This document shows positions 47,075 through 56,400 of a DNA stretch of 64,000 bases, piece by piece. A program made the position numbers and the translations under genes. Below the pieces are notes generated by a model, which made no database searches, had not been told where the DNA came from, and saw only the letters and a program-made list of their open reading frames with translations. How positions within the stretch are numbered: the stretch's first letter is position 1; each line of letters begins with the position of its first letter. The stretch spans positions 159,261 to 223,260 of the IMG/VR virus record IMGVR_UViG_3300043449_002710; one strand, 5' to 3'.

Positions 47075-48042
47075 TTAAAATTCCCAGCATTCAATGGGGC
47101 TGTCGTGTGCCGAATCACTTGAAGCTGAAAAGTCCCAAGCTTTCTCGGGGTCAGGATTTGAGACTGCGGTTCATAGGTTGCGATATTCGGATCTGAAATA
47201 ATCACTCGATGAAATTCGGGCTGAAAGGTTTCAAAATAAACCTTCACGCTGTCATTGATCGCAATGGTCTCTGGGGCAATAATCGTGGGCGGAGTATCCG
47301 CAATGTAATCCCGAGGGGAAACTGAGCCCACTCCTTGGCCGCCTATTTTATCCACGGCTTGTTTTACTTTGACGGTGTCCTCAAAAATAATATCTGGAAT
47401 TTCGATAGAAAAAGTCCAGATCTTGTCTTTCGGATCGTCTGAGACGTTGTCTTGGGAAACCGTGCCTAGCTTGGGAGATCCCAAAGTCATCACCCAGGTT
47501 TCACCCAAGTCTCGGTTGCCTGTGATCAAGTTGCCCCCGGCTAGAAACCGCAGCTCCCCAAAAAGAACGGAAAGAAGACCGTGCAAAAAATCGGTCGAGG
47601 ATTGATCCCGGGTTCCTGCCACCACCAAAATCGAGAGCTGTCGCACGATTTGAAGCGTCCCGTACCAGCTCCCTTGGAGGATATGTGCTCGCTCAATCCC
47701 TGTAAAGTTGGTGGGAACGTACTCAAAAGCGGAGTCCACAATGAGGATTGCGGGCAACTCCCGATGGATTTGCTCAAACAACCGAGCTAGTTGAGTCTTT
47801 CTTAAAGTGGGATCTGTTGTGGGGTCGAAAGACTTGTCCACAATATATTGTAGGCCCATTTTAGTCACAGTCTCATAAAGGCTTCGATTGCCTCCTACTG
47901 GACTCATGAAGCTTTCTATGTAACGCTGAATCCCCGATTTCACGATAGTTTTGATGTGATCGACCGTGTAGCTCTGAACTGCCTCTTGGACAGATTGAGC
48001 TACTTTTCGATTCAGGTAACCGTCTGGGGGAGAGTTTGCCAT
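47011..48042 (-). CDS. Putative virion structural protein (tail-completion/neck-like)
   Basis: 343 aa, beta-rich; ELPAILIVD; preceded by the AGGTTATTTT motif. Confidence 0.45.
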   Translation of the reverse strand: MANSPPDGYLNRKVAQSVQEAVQSYTVDHIKTIVKSGIQRYIESFMSPVGGNRSLYETVTKMGLQYIVDKSFDPTTDPTLRKTQLARLFEQIHRELPAILIVDSAFEYVPTNFTGIERAHILQGSWYGTLQIVRQLSILVVAGTRDQSSTDFLHGLLSVLFGELRFLAGGNLITGNRDLGETWVMTLGSPKLGTVSQDNVSDDPKDKIWTFSIEIPDIIFEDTVKVKQAVDKIGGQGVGSVSPRDYIADTPPTIIAPETIAINDSVKVYFETFQPEFHRVIISDPNIATYEPQSQILTPRKLGTFQLQVIRHTTAPLNAGNFNQQSGALFDVVSFKEIRVLPA

Positions 48043-48139
48043 ACCTTATAAAAATAACCTGTCCGAACCCTCGCTTGCCGAGCCCGGGTATTTTTGTTAC
48101 TCCCAACAACTCTGCAACAACGTAAACGTGTGGGACTAG

Positions 48140-49489
48140 ATGAACACTTTTGACCCGGTATTGGAAACCCGGATTATCAAAACGATTCTCGAACAAAAGG
48201 ATTCTTTGTTCTTGATCAACCTCTCTTCGGATTGGTTTGGCCTCCCCACAACTCGCGAGATCTGGGAGCGCATCTCTTCGCTCAAAGCCAACGGAAAACA
48301 GATCCCAAAAACCATCACATTTGCAAGTGACCCGGTTTTGTCCGAGGACGCACGAACCTTGCTCCAAGGCGATGTCGAGCCTTTTGATGCGAGCGATTCC
48401 GAGCAGGCCATGGAGCAGCTCAACCACTACAGACAAGGCCGAGTCATCTCAGCGATGGCTAAAAAAGTGGTGGATCTGATGAGCGACCCTCAAGGCGACA
48501 TCGCCCAGGCTAAACAGGTCATGGAAAGATCCTTGGCCGCCTTGCAGAATGCGGATTTCTCTCAAGACTTTTTAACCTATGGCTATGAAAGTTTTAAGGC
48601 TCTCGATTTTTACGACACCGTCATGAACAAGAACTTGGCAGACAGGTTCATGAAGACAGGATTTTCTTTTATTGATTCTCAGCAAGGGGGATTGGGTAGA
48701 GGAAGACTTTACACTTTGGGTGCGCCCTCAGGTGGAGGCAAATCCACTTTAGGTAATCAGCTAGGCGTCAATATGTATCTCGGCGGGATTTCTCCTTTCG
48801 AAGTCTTTCATAAAAAGAAGTCTCCGCTCGGATGCTATTCCGTGAGTTATAACTCTTTCGAGTTAGGTCGTGAGGAATGCCTTCTCAGAACCCAAGCCAA
48901 TGCCACGCGCATCCCGCATGACAGATTCCAGCTTCAGAATCTTTCCCCGGCTGAGCGAACCAAGTCCGATCGGATCTATGCCCAGCTTTTGGCTCATGGG
49001 GAAGCCTACAACAAGCGGCTAGAGTATAACTGCCCCTCCAAGGATATCAATACACCGCAATTGATCTCCATGATTGAGCCTCTTTCTTTTGATGTGGTGA
49101 TCGTGGACTATATCAATCTGATGGCCCCCATTAACCCAAAAGAAGGTTTGTGGTGGAATATCGGCGAAGCTTTCCGCTTGTGGAAACGTTTTGCCGAGCG
49201 CACCCGATGCGCCGTGATCATGCTCGTGCAGGTGGATGAAGAAACCAAAGACATCAAGTATGCCAAATCCATTAGGCATCACTCAGACGGAGTCTGGGTC
49301 TGGGATTATGGTGACGTGGAAAAAGAGACCGGGATCATCGAAATCAAACAAACAAAATTAAGAAATTTTAAGCCTGGGAATTTTAACCTTGCCGCAGAAT
49401 TTGAATTTTGCGCATTTAATGAATCTCACGGGATGGGAGCAGATTCTTCGAATCCAACCTCGGCGAGCATTCCGCCCATGAATTTATGA
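48140..49489 (+). CDS. dnaB: DnaB-like replicative helicase
   Basis: Walker A GAPSGGGKST, SFELGREE, DVVIVDYINLM, VIMLVQ, KLRN. Confidence 0.85.
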   Translation: MNTFDPVLETRIIKTILEQKDSLFLINLSSDWFGLPTTREIWERISSLKANGKQIPKTITFASDPVLSEDARTLLQGDVEPFDASDSEQAMEQLNHYRQGRVISAMAKKVVDLMSDPQGDIAQAKQVMERSLAALQNADFSQDFLTYGYESFKALDFYDTVMNKNLADRFMKTGFSFIDSQQGGLGRGRLYTLGAPSGGGKSTLGNQLGVNMYLGGISPFEVFHKKKSPLGCYSVSYNSFELGREECLLRTQANATRIPHDRFQLQNLSPAERTKSDRIYAQLLAHGEAYNKRLEYNCPSKDINTPQLISMIEPLSFDVVIVDYINLMAPINPKEGLWWNIGEAFRLWKRFAERTRCAVIMLVQVDEETKDIKYAKSIRHHSDGVWVWDYGDVEKETGIIEIKQTKLRNFKPGNFNLAAEFEFCAFNESHGMGADSSNPTSASIPPMNL

Positions 49490-49496
49490 GGAAGCC

Positions 49497-50690
49497 ATGA
49501 GCACCACCGCTATTCCACAAATCGAGATCCCAGTAAAACCTTTTTCCATCTTTATCAAGTCGGCTTACCAGTGGTTGTCTAAAACCAACGACACTAAAAA
49601 GAATCGGTTGGAACTCAGGCTCTTCAAAGAAGATGACTGCCTTCATGTCTCCGTGGGTTTGGATTCAAGTTACATGGAAGCGGTTTTAGAGGCACAAGCT
49701 TCCGCACTGAACGAGCCTATCTTTTTAGACTTATCCCACTTATCTAGCTACCAGTTTGATTCGGAACCTTTGTATCTGGTGATCCCTAAAAAAACAGAGA
49801 CTACAAACAACATCGAAAAAAGGGCTCAGTTCAAAGCACAAGGACATAACTTTCGAATTCCGATCCTGCCTGGAAAGACCTGGGAAAAGAACGAGCAAGA
49901 TTTAAGTGAGTTTGAGAAGACAGCCGGATTTAATATTTCCAAACAAGCGTTTGATTCGATTCATCCCTTTTTGAAACTTCCAGATTCCTTTGACCAGAAA
50001 AAGCCCGCCCGGGTTGCCTTTGAGAAAATCTCAGACAATAAGTTTCAGTGCTATTCGGATGATCAATTCGGATCTTTTTGGCATTGTTTCGAAACACAAG
50101 ACTTCTCGCCATTAAACGAATTTCAAAGGCTCGTTCTTTTGAATGACTTTCTTTTGCCTTATAAAAAGATCGACGAGTTCACCTCGCTCACGGTCAAGCA
50201 ATCGGATCGGGTCTCGTTCGCTGAGATTCATGGGTTGAGTAACGGGTTTAAAAAGCTTCGATGGTTGCAGCCCAACTACGTGGGCTACATGGAGAATATC
50301 CCAGCGGCAGTAAAAGAAGTTCGAGCTAAGATCGATTCCAGCTTGACGTTTGATACGGCTGAGTTTTTGAACAACGTGGAAAAGGCCACCATCTTTTTCA
50401 AGGGCGAGGATTATCAACAGATCCCCCTGGAGTTCAGTGTGATTGAATCGAGTTATGCGCTAGCGGCAAGAACGACAGATAGTGAAATGCTGAGAGAGGG
50501 GAAAATTCTGAATACAGCCACAAGCTCTTTGCGTTTGAATTTCCAAGCCTCTTGCTTGACCGATTACTTGCGCTGTCTGGATCGCTCCCAAGAATTGAAT
50601 ATGGAAATTCTTACAGGCGGGGTCATCATCTACCAAAAATTACAAAATGAAAAAGACATCTTGTACTGGTTGCCGACTCGTACCGGGTAA
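49497..50690 (+). CDS. Probable sliding clamp (Pol III beta-like)
   Basis: 397 aa, alternating alpha/beta; C-terminal LNFQASCLTDYLRCLD resembles the beta-clamp xFNxxYLxDxL; next to the helicase, with a clamp loader in the window. Confidence 0.5.
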   Translation: MSTTAIPQIEIPVKPFSIFIKSAYQWLSKTNDTKKNRLELRLFKEDDCLHVSVGLDSSYMEAVLEAQASALNEPIFLDLSHLSSYQFDSEPLYLVIPKKTETTNNIEKRAQFKAQGHNFRIPILPGKTWEKNEQDLSEFEKTAGFNISKQAFDSIHPFLKLPDSFDQKKPARVAFEKISDNKFQCYSDDQFGSFWHCFETQDFSPLNEFQRLVLLNDFLLPYKKIDEFTSLTVKQSDRVSFAEIHGLSNGFKKLRWLQPNYVGYMENIPAAVKEVRAKIDSSLTFDTAEFLNNVEKATIFFKGEDYQQIPLEFSVIESSYALAARTTDSEMLREGKILNTATSSLRLNFQASCLTDYLRCLDRSQELNMEILTGGVIIYQKLQNEKDILYWLPTRTG

Positions 50691-50698
50691 AAAAGAAC

Positions 50699-51226
50699 AT
50701 GCGCGTAAAAAAGAAAAAAGCAAAGAAGCGGGCTCTTCGAATAAAGAAACCAGTCCATAAAAAACGACCGGCTAAACCAGCTAAGAAAGCGATCTCAAAA
50801 ACGAGCACCTCATTTAGCCGTTCGACTTTGAGAGAGATCGAGCAGGTGGCTCAGTCCGCGCCTTTTAAGAAGATTGTGCAGGGTAAAAATTACCTCTACT
50901 TTTCTTTACAGCCCACGCAAGAAGAGATCACAATCAAAGCGGTCTACAAAAAGCCGCACCTGAAATGTTATGCGGTCAAAAACTTTAAAAAATCCATCAT
51001 TGCGTACATCGTGCAGCTTAGTAAGAAGCCTCAAGATATTTGTATTCACGAGTTTGGGGTGGCTATTTTTTACTCGAAAGTTTCCAAGGCAAAGAATAAG
51101 AAAGTGAACTTCGATTATAAAAATTTAAAAGTTCCCTTTTCGGATGCGAAGTTTCGTATTATTGCGCTCGATTCAAAAGATTATTTTGTTTCGGTAAAAT
51201 GGCGAAGCAATAACCCCACTGAATAG
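50699..51226 (+). CDS. Hypothetical protein with a highly basic N-terminus
   Basis: MRVKKKKAKKRALRIKKPVHKKRPAKPAKK. Confidence 0.6.
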   Translation: MRVKKKKAKKRALRIKKPVHKKRPAKPAKKAISKTSTSFSRSTLREIEQVAQSAPFKKIVQGKNYLYFSLQPTQEEITIKAVYKKPHLKCYAVKNFKKSIIAYIVQLSKKPQDICIHEFGVAIFYSKVSKAKNKKVNFDYKNLKVPFSDAKFRIIALDSKDYFVSVKWRSNNPTE

Positions 51227-51243
51227 CACCTTGGAGTAGCCGT

Positions 51244-51495
51244 ATGAACGTACAAGTCATGAATACCCAGCTCAAAGATTTGATTCGGCAAAAAGTTTTG
51301 TCCATGGCCGAACGCGAAGAACTTGAACCCGACATGGATTGGAACTTGGTCAATGAACTCTCAGAATTCATCATTGCACTGACCTTAGGCCATGTCGAAA
51401 AAGCTTTCAGGCAAGTCGATGCCAACTTGGCTAACAAAGTCGTAAGCCTTGCCCGCACCCGAGTAGAGACTCCTAAAGAACAGGCTACCCCATGA
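51244..51495 (+). CDS. Hypothetical protein
   Basis: 83 aa, GGAG RBS, ATGA overlap with the sbcD-like gene. Confidence 0.65.
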   Translation: MNVQVMNTQLKDLIRQKVLSMAEREELEPDMDWNLVNELSEFIIALTLGHVEKAFRQVDANLANKVVSLARTRVETPKEQATP

Positions 51496-52523
51496 AATTT
51501 TTGCACACTTCGGATTTCCACGCCGGTAGCGGTCGAAGGTTGGTGAAGATCAACAAGACCGACCCACTGGCTTATCTGAAGCGAACACAATGGCACTGGA
51601 GAAAAGTGGTGGAGATCGCTCGTGAGCGACAGGTGGATTTTGCCATCATTGCGGGAGATCTTTTTGAGGATGCCTCCACCACGATCGAAGAGCTTTTGGC
51701 TCTTTACTCGGTGCTGACTGAATTCGGGGAAGTTTGCCCTGTGATTGTCACCCCAGGAAACCACGACGAAACTCGGGTCGGGGAATTTCAACAAAGCTAT
51801 CTCAAGCTTCTTGGGATCAAAAACATCCATGTGACCATGGGGAAGCCCGAAAGTTTAACCATGCCCGGGAATATCCGAGTCTTGGCCTGCCCATGGACAG
51901 GGATTAAAAAACAAGATGAGTTTGATGCCTACCTTCAAGAGCATTATAGCGGAGAAGAGATCGTCATCTTACACGAATGCTTTGCCAAGATCACAACGGA
52001 TACCGGGTGGGTGGCGAAGCTTGGGGTACAGATTCCTGACATTAGTGGAGTAAAATATTTCGCCTGTGGGGATATCCACAAAAAACAGAGACTCTCTTTG
52101 CCGCACGCTTGGTATTCTGGTGCTCCGGGGCAATGGAACTTTGGAGATAAACCGAATAAGGGGGTCCTGATCGTTGATACAGATCAGTATGAGTGGACAC
52201 CTGAATTTGTACCGATCCGATCAGAAATAGAGCTGCATCAGATTACGGACCTTTCTCAAATCCCAGAGCACAGCTCGCACTGGTATCAGTTCCACGTGGA
52301 ACCAAGTGCTATTCCCTCTTTCTTACCTGAGTGCGTAAAAGATATGGATATCAAAGCCGCCAAAATCGAAGCACCTGTGGTAATGTCCACGGCCCTAGAA
52401 AAAGACGAAATCACTCTTTCCATCGATTATTCCGATGGGGTGGATGAGATCTTAGGGGCGGCTGGATTTGATGGTGCTTTAATCCAAGAGATAAAAACAG
52501 AAATCCAAAGGGTGACACAATGA
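51492..52523 (+). CDS. sbcD: SbcD/Mre11-like metallophosphoesterase nuclease
   Basis: FLHTSDFH, IAGDLF, PGNHD, ILHE, CGDIHK, YSGAP. Confidence 0.88.
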   Translation: MKFLHTSDFHAGSGRRLVKINKTDPLAYLKRTQWHWRKVVEIARERQVDFAIIAGDLFEDASTTIEELLALYSVLTEFGEVCPVIVTPGNHDETRVGEFQQSYLKLLGIKNIHVTMGKPESLTMPGNIRVLACPWTGIKKQDEFDAYLQEHYSGEEIVILHECFAKITTDTGWVAKLGVQIPDISGVKYFACGDIHKKQRLSLPHAWYSGAPGQWNFGDKPNKGVLIVDTDQYEWTPEFVPIRSEIELHQITDLSQIPEHSSHWYQFHVEPSAIPSFLPECVKDMDIKAAKIEAPVVMSTALEKDEITLSIDYSDGVDEILGAAGFDGALIQEIKTEIQRVTQ

Positions 52524-52840
52524 CTAAGAAAACCGTGACTTTAGTAGATCTTTTACAATTAGTTGAACTCTTGCGCGGAAGCGAAGTTCGTTTAGGCGAA
52601 GAGGGCAATGAACTGATTCTAGCTTTAGCTAAAAACAATCTTCCTAGCGATCTCGATGAAGCATTGGAGATGATCGAAGAGGATTGGCTCTACCTCGAAG
52701 ACCAAGAAGGAGAAGTGGACTCCGAAGAGGAAGAGGAGAGCGAAGATGAGGATGTGGATGCGGAGGACGAAGAAGACTTCGAATCCTTGGAAGATATAGA
52801 AGAAGAAGAAGAAGAAGAAAACGACGACGAAGAATATTGA
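52520..52840 (+). CDS. Small, extremely acidic protein
   Basis: 106 aa; the C-terminal half is almost all Asp/Glu. Confidence 0.7.
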   Translation: MTKKTVTLVDLLQLVELLRGSEVRLGEEGNELILALAKNNLPSDLDEALEMIEEDWLYLEDQEGEVDSEEEEESEDEDVDAEDEEDFESLEDIEEEEEEENDDEEY

Positions 52841-52844
52841 TCAA

Positions 52845-53060
52845 TCAAGAAACTGGCATCAATCTCTTGGCGTGATGAGATCTCAAAATGACTTCATGTC
52901 TACGGCGATGAAAAAGATCCGAAGCTTTCTTGGCGGATTCGTAAATCAAATCCAATTGAGTTTGATCCAAACCCCCATGTCTTTTCCCAAGACTCGCGGC
53001 GAAATACAATACCTGAAGGGATTGTCCCAGTTGTTCTAAAAAAAGCTCTTCGTCGTTCAT
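52845..53060 (-). CDS. Hypothetical protein
   Basis: 71 aa, protein-like composition, convergent with the acidic gene. Confidence 0.5.
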   Translation of the reverse strand: MNDEELFLEQLGQSLQVLYFAASLGKRHGGLDQTQLDLIYESAKKASDLFHRRRHEVILRSHHAKRLMPVS

Positions 53061-53136
53061 ATTTTGGGTGTCTATAGCAAAAGTAGAGAAACCTTAAAAA
53101 CAAATTTAAAAAAAATTTACGGTTAATGATTCTTAA

Positions 53137-53337
53137 ATGCTTCAAATAATTCTTCACAACCTTCGACTTACGCTCACAGATTTTCTTTTGGCTTTGGCGT
53201 TGAGAGTAATTCCCAAAGACACCCAAGAAGCATTTTTGCTTGCAAAATGCCTTCAATTTTATCTATCTAAAGTCAAATCCCTTGAGCTTGAAAAAGCAGC
53301 AGACAAGTCTCAAGGTGCAGCGAATTTCCCAGAGTGA
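53137..53337 (+). CDS. Hypothetical protein
   Basis: 66-aa ORF in an otherwise empty gap. Confidence 0.35.
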   Translation: MLQIILHNLRLTLTDFLLALALRVIPKDTQEAFLLAKCLQFYLSKVKSLELEKAADKSQGAANFPE

Positions 53338-53492
53338 CTTATGGCAATGGGATACATGGAGAAATTTGCGGCTACTCATGTGGTTGTCTAGGACCCCACG
53401 CCTAGCGACACTCTTGGCAACTAATCCAAGCGACAGATGGAAGCCAAGCGTGGTTGGGAGACGCGACAGAGGGAAACCTCACTCCCAAAACT

Positions 53493-53726
53493 TTACCACC
53501 ACTTGTCTGGGCACTGAGCCTCAATTAATTTTGTTTTTACTTTCATATAACAAAGACATTCCAGGCAGAGATCCCGCTTTTTATCGTACTTCGGGCAAAC
53601 GCTACAGATTTGAAGTCGTTCTTGGGTCACCTTGTTGGTGATTGTGGTTCTTCGAGTAAACAGAAATCGCCAAATCACACGCGCCCAAGTTTGCACGGCA
53701 AGACGGACTGCTTTTATCAACCTCAT
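53493..53726 (-). CDS. Small Cys-rich protein (DUF6171-like), paralog of 445-699
   Basis: RLQICSVCPKY-x6-CLECLC-x4-K-x6-CP-x2-W. Confidence 0.65.
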   Translation of the reverse strand: MRLIKAVRLAVQTWARVIWRFLFTRRTTITNKVTQERLQICSVCPKYDKKRDLCLECLCYMKVKTKLIEAQCPDKWW

Positions 53727-53793
53727 AGGTTTCCTCTACTATTTAAAATAAACGCCATTATTTTAGTAAAAAGATTGAAGAGGAGACTTCCCA

Positions 53794-54915
53794 ATGACCG
53801 AAGAAATCATGGATTTGCCAGATATCGAAACCCCAGATCCAGAAGTCTATACGAAGTCTGAGCCTGAGGTGGAAGAAGATCTCAAGAAAACAGCCATCTC
53901 GTTTGGTTTCATTGGAGTCGGTCAAGCGGGTGGCAAAATCGCAGCCGAGTTCTACAACTTAGGTTATCGGAAAGTTGTGGCCGTCAACACCACGAAAAAT
54001 GATTTCATGGGTCTTTCCATCCCTACCAATCGGCATCTAGTCGTTGGAGATGGCTCAGGCGCTGGGAAGAAGCCTGAAGTCGGGGCCAAGGCCGTTCAAA
54101 ACGCCAAGGAAGATATCTTGTCGTTGCTTCGGAAAAGCTTTGGCTCGAACGTGGACAAGATCATTGTCATCGCCTCAGGCGGAGGCGGAACCGGAAACGG
54201 TGGCTGCCTAGAGATGATTCAAATCGCTCAAGACTACATGAAAGAGATCCAAAAAAATCCGGCTCGAAATGTCGGGGCTTTGGTGGCTCTTCCTAAAGAC
54301 TCTGAAAAAGGCGCGGCTCAAATTCATTCGGCCATCCTGATGGAAGCTCTGTTTGAAAAAGCCAAAACGGATCTAGCCCCTTTGATCTTGGTCGATAATG
54401 AGCAGATCGCCAAGCAGTGGCCCAACGCTTCGATTGCCCAGGTATTCTCCATGGCCAACAAGAACGTCTGCGGGCTTCTCGACATTTTCAACACGTTGGC
54501 TTGCCGCCCGAGCCAGTACAGCTCGTTTGACAAAGCTGACCTTTGCTCAGTCTTAGACCACGGTGCGGTGATCTTTGGTTCGACCACCCTAAACGATATT
54601 AGTTCAGGGTCAGCCATTTCTGATGCAATCCGCCAAAACCTCCAGAAGGGGATTTTAGTGGAAGGGATCGACTTATCCACCTCCAAAGCCGGGGCTGGTA
54701 TTTTAGTGGGTTCTTCAGAAATCTTAAACACCCTTCCCTCGTCTTATGTGGACGAAGCCTTTAAGACGTTGGCTCGGGTGATGGGTTCGGACAAAAAAAC
54801 CATCACGGTGCATCAAGGGGTGTTTGAAACAACTAAGCCTAAGCTTTTGCTCTACACAATCTGTGGCGGCGTAGAGTTGCCTACCGTGCGTCTTGAAAAA
54901 CTCAAACGGGGTTAA
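53794..54915 (+). CDS. Tubulin/FtsZ-superfamily GTPase (PhuZ/TubZ-like)
   Basis: FIGVGQAGGKIA, AVNT, GSGAGKKPEVG, SGGGGTGNG signature, FDKAD T7-loop-like; GAGGAG RBS. Confidence 0.9.
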   Translation: MTEEIMDLPDIETPDPEVYTKSEPEVEEDLKKTAISFGFIGVGQAGGKIAAEFYNLGYRKVVAVNTTKNDFMGLSIPTNRHLVVGDGSGAGKKPEVGAKAVQNAKEDILSLLRKSFGSNVDKIIVIASGGGGTGNGGCLEMIQIAQDYMKEIQKNPARNVGALVALPKDSEKGAAQIHSAILMEALFEKAKTDLAPLILVDNEQIAKQWPNASIAQVFSMANKNVCGLLDIFNTLACRPSQYSSFDKADLCSVLDHGAVIFGSTTLNDISSGSAISDAIRQNLQKGILVEGIDLSTSKAGAGILVGSSEILNTLPSSYVDEAFKTLARVMGSDKKTITVHQGVFETTKPKLLLYTICGGVELPTVRLEKLKRG

Positions 54916-54921
54916 AAAACG

Positions 54922-55731
54922 GTGGAGGAGTATTACAAATGCCTGGGGGCTTCTCCGAAGGATACCCCTCAGGAGCTTCGCAGCAAGTGGCTTAAGAAAT
55001 GCCGTGAGCACCACCCCGACAAGGGGGGAGATCCTGCTCAGTTTCGAGCTGCGACTCACGCCTATAAGATGCTCACTGATGCTTCATATCAACAAGAGCA
55101 TAAAAAAGTAGACCTTAGCGACATCCTGACTTTCAATGTCCGAATGCCCGTCTCTTTCGAAGAAGCCTTCTTTGGGAAGAGTTTGGTCTTCACTTGGAAC
55201 CGGATGGAACTTGATCAAACGCTCACGCCGATCCAGCCAGCCGATGGGAAGCTTGAGCCGCTTTCGATCACCCTAGTCATCCCGCCTGGATCGATGCAAG
55301 GGTTGCGTTTTTCAGAAGCGGGCAAGGGCTTGAGGCTAGGCGAGCATGTCGGGGATGTCCAAGTTCAGATCATCGTGCGAGGGCATCCCAAATTCAAAGC
55401 ACAAGACCTCAACATCCTCTCGGAAGAGAAGGTTCCACTAGAGATGCTCTTGCGCGGCGGAAAGATCGACGTGCAGACGATGTTTGGAATCAAGGAGCTG
55501 AAGATTCCCCCAGGCACCCAGCCCGGCGAGCAGCTCAAGATCAAGCATTGCGGGGTGAATAAAAAAGGAGCGCATCTGGTCACAGTCTTACCTATCTTCC
55601 CCACCGGGCAAGACTTAAAAGACAAAAGAACACTCTCGGATCTCGACATCGACTGGACGGTCGAGGAAGAAAAAGAAGATGCCACGCCGAATGAAGACCT
55701 AGAGATGTTCAACGTCTTTCGGAAGATTTAA
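54922..55731 (+). CDS. dnaJ: DnaJ/CbpA-like co-chaperone (J domain plus C-terminal peptide-binding domain, no Zn finger)
   Basis: YYKCLG...HHPDKGGD; VSFEEAFFGK; LLRGGKIDVQT...LKIPPGTQPG. Confidence 0.85.
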   Translation: MEEYYKCLGASPKDTPQELRSKWLKKCREHHPDKGGDPAQFRAATHAYKMLTDASYQQEHKKVDLSDILTFNVRMPVSFEEAFFGKSLVFTWNRMELDQTLTPIQPADGKLEPLSITLVIPPGSMQGLRFSEAGKGLRLGEHVGDVQVQIIVRGHPKFKAQDLNILSEEKVPLEMLLRGGKIDVQTMFGIKELKIPPGTQPGEQLKIKHCGVNKKGAHLVTVLPIFPTGQDLKDKRTLSDLDIDWTVEEEKEDATPNEDLEMFNVFRKI

Positions 55732-55755
55732 TCTTATCTAGTGCTCGAAATAGAT

Positions 55756-56148
55756 CTAGTGCGCGATATAGATCTCGTGAGCCATCCTAGTCATGAAGCC
55801 CACCAGTTCCTGGATATTCTGATCAGTCGGGTCAACGCCGAACTGCTCTAAGAGATCGTGCGCCTGAGCCAAAGATTGCAGCGTTTCATTTTGAATGAAT
55901 TGCATCAAAGCTTGTGGGTTTTTGGCTTTGACAAAAGCCCCTGGATGGCTCTCGGTATAGGGATCTAAGCCTTGTTTTTTCAGTTCCGAACGGATGCGCT
56001 CATTGGATTTCTGAACCAAAAGATAGGCCTGATCGATCAAAGCATCCGTCTCATTCCCATCGAGGCCAAAATCCGCCAAGACACGCGCTTTCTGCGCAGA
56101 AGTGACAATTTTCTGCAGAGTAGGATACTTCCGAGAGATCGATTTCAT
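55756..56148 (-). CDS. Hypothetical protein with N-terminal KYP motif
   Basis: MKSISRKYPTLQKIVTSA. Confidence 0.7.
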   Translation of the reverse strand: MKSISRKYPTLQKIVTSAQKARVLADFGLDGNETDALIDQAYLLVQKSNERIRSELKKQGLDPYTESHPGAFVKAKNPQALMQFIQNETLQSLAQAHDLLEQFGVDPTDQNIQELVGFMTRMAHEIYIAH

Positions 56149-56240
56149 AGGAACCCCTTTTCCTAGAAATACTCTACTTTTTTTGCATCCCGGCTAGCCT
56201 GAAAAATGAAAATAGTGTACTTGAGCTGCGTGGGTGGGAA

Positions 56241-56384
56241 ATGGGTAAAAAACCAATGAAACCACGACAAAAGCACAAAAAGACACCGACCGTCGAAGAG
56301 CGGCGCAAAAGACTCTACCGCCTTTTTAAAAAGGAACGCGCCTTGGCTATAGCAGCCGCCTTAAAGAAAGCTTCCAGTCAATAA
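56241..56384 (+). CDS. 47-aa basic peptide (below the track cutoff)
   Basis: MGKKPMKPRQKHKKTPTVEERRKRLYRLFKKERALAIAAALKKASSQ. Confidence 0.35.
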   Translation: MGKKPMKPRQKHKKTPTVEERRKRLYRLFKKERALAIAAALKKASSQ

Positions 56385-56400
56385 ATAGTAAATAGAAGGC

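Noticed and set aside
47873-48436. 187-aa minus-strand ORF, and similarly 51159-51830
   Set aside because: They overlap the helicase and SbcD-like genes on the opposite strand and have no protein-like features.
48140-49489. Intein or intron in the helicase
   Set aside because: Normal length, and no intein C1/HN-[CST] motifs; only a short insertion after Walker A.
53794-54915. Calling this a nucleus-forming (chimallin) phage because of the tubulin
   Set aside because: Tubulin alone is not diagnostic, and no chimallin-like or multisubunit RNAP gene is recognisable in the window.
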